A stretch of DNA of 47,174 nt from contig JBDKRC010000180.1 of assembly GCA_039683575.1 (NCBI GenBank), forward strand, positions 1 to 47,174, read 5' to 3'. The notes beneath the pieces are model-generated. The model had not been told where the DNA came from and made no database searches. It was given only the letters and a program-made list of their open reading frames with translations. Both the position numbers and the translations under genes were made by a program. Positions within the stretch are counted from its first letter, which is position 1. Every line of letters starts with the position of its first letter. Below are positions 47,065 through 47,174 of the stretch, piece by piece. This DNA comes from Armatimonadia bacterium (GTDB taxonomy: Bacteria > Armatimonadota > Zipacnadia > Zipacnadales > UBA11051).

Positions 47065-47174
47065 TGTGGGTAGAACCTATTGACATGTCGTAAGTACGTG
47101 CTGCAGCGAGGGCAACTGTCCGCATCGCTGGAGTATTTTGAGCATGAAGAATTGGACGTCGCGGAAGCCGTAGG

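Overview
GC-rich bacterial chromosome segment. The repeated [41 protein letters not shown] prepilin-type genes suggest Armatimonadota (inference). Left part (1-6.5 kb): a decayed mosaic of prepilin/H-X9-DG genes, a GH42-like glycosidase, a GT-C-like membrane protein, two GH16-like fragments, and copies of the hairpin that follows tRNA-Phe. 6.5-21.9 kb: a ~15.4 kb island with no visible integrase, bounded by a 39-bp duplication of the tRNA-Phe 3' end. It carries a MalT-like STAND regulator facing away from a four-gene DUF11/Ig-fold operon. 21.9-22.4 kb: Lys-Glu-Val-Phe tRNA operon with a near-consensus sigma70 promoter. Right half: carbohydrate-active and metabolic genes, REP-like palindrome clusters, an acetylation/deacetylation operon and two more prepilin genes. 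The most interesting signal is in the DUF11 operon. Its proteins begin and/or end with complementary halves of a DUF11 domain, which suggests a strand-complemented, possibly isopeptide-crosslinked fibre: beta-barrel base, repeating shaft, tip protein and small cap/chaperone. All family assignments come from motif recognition by eye; no searches were run.
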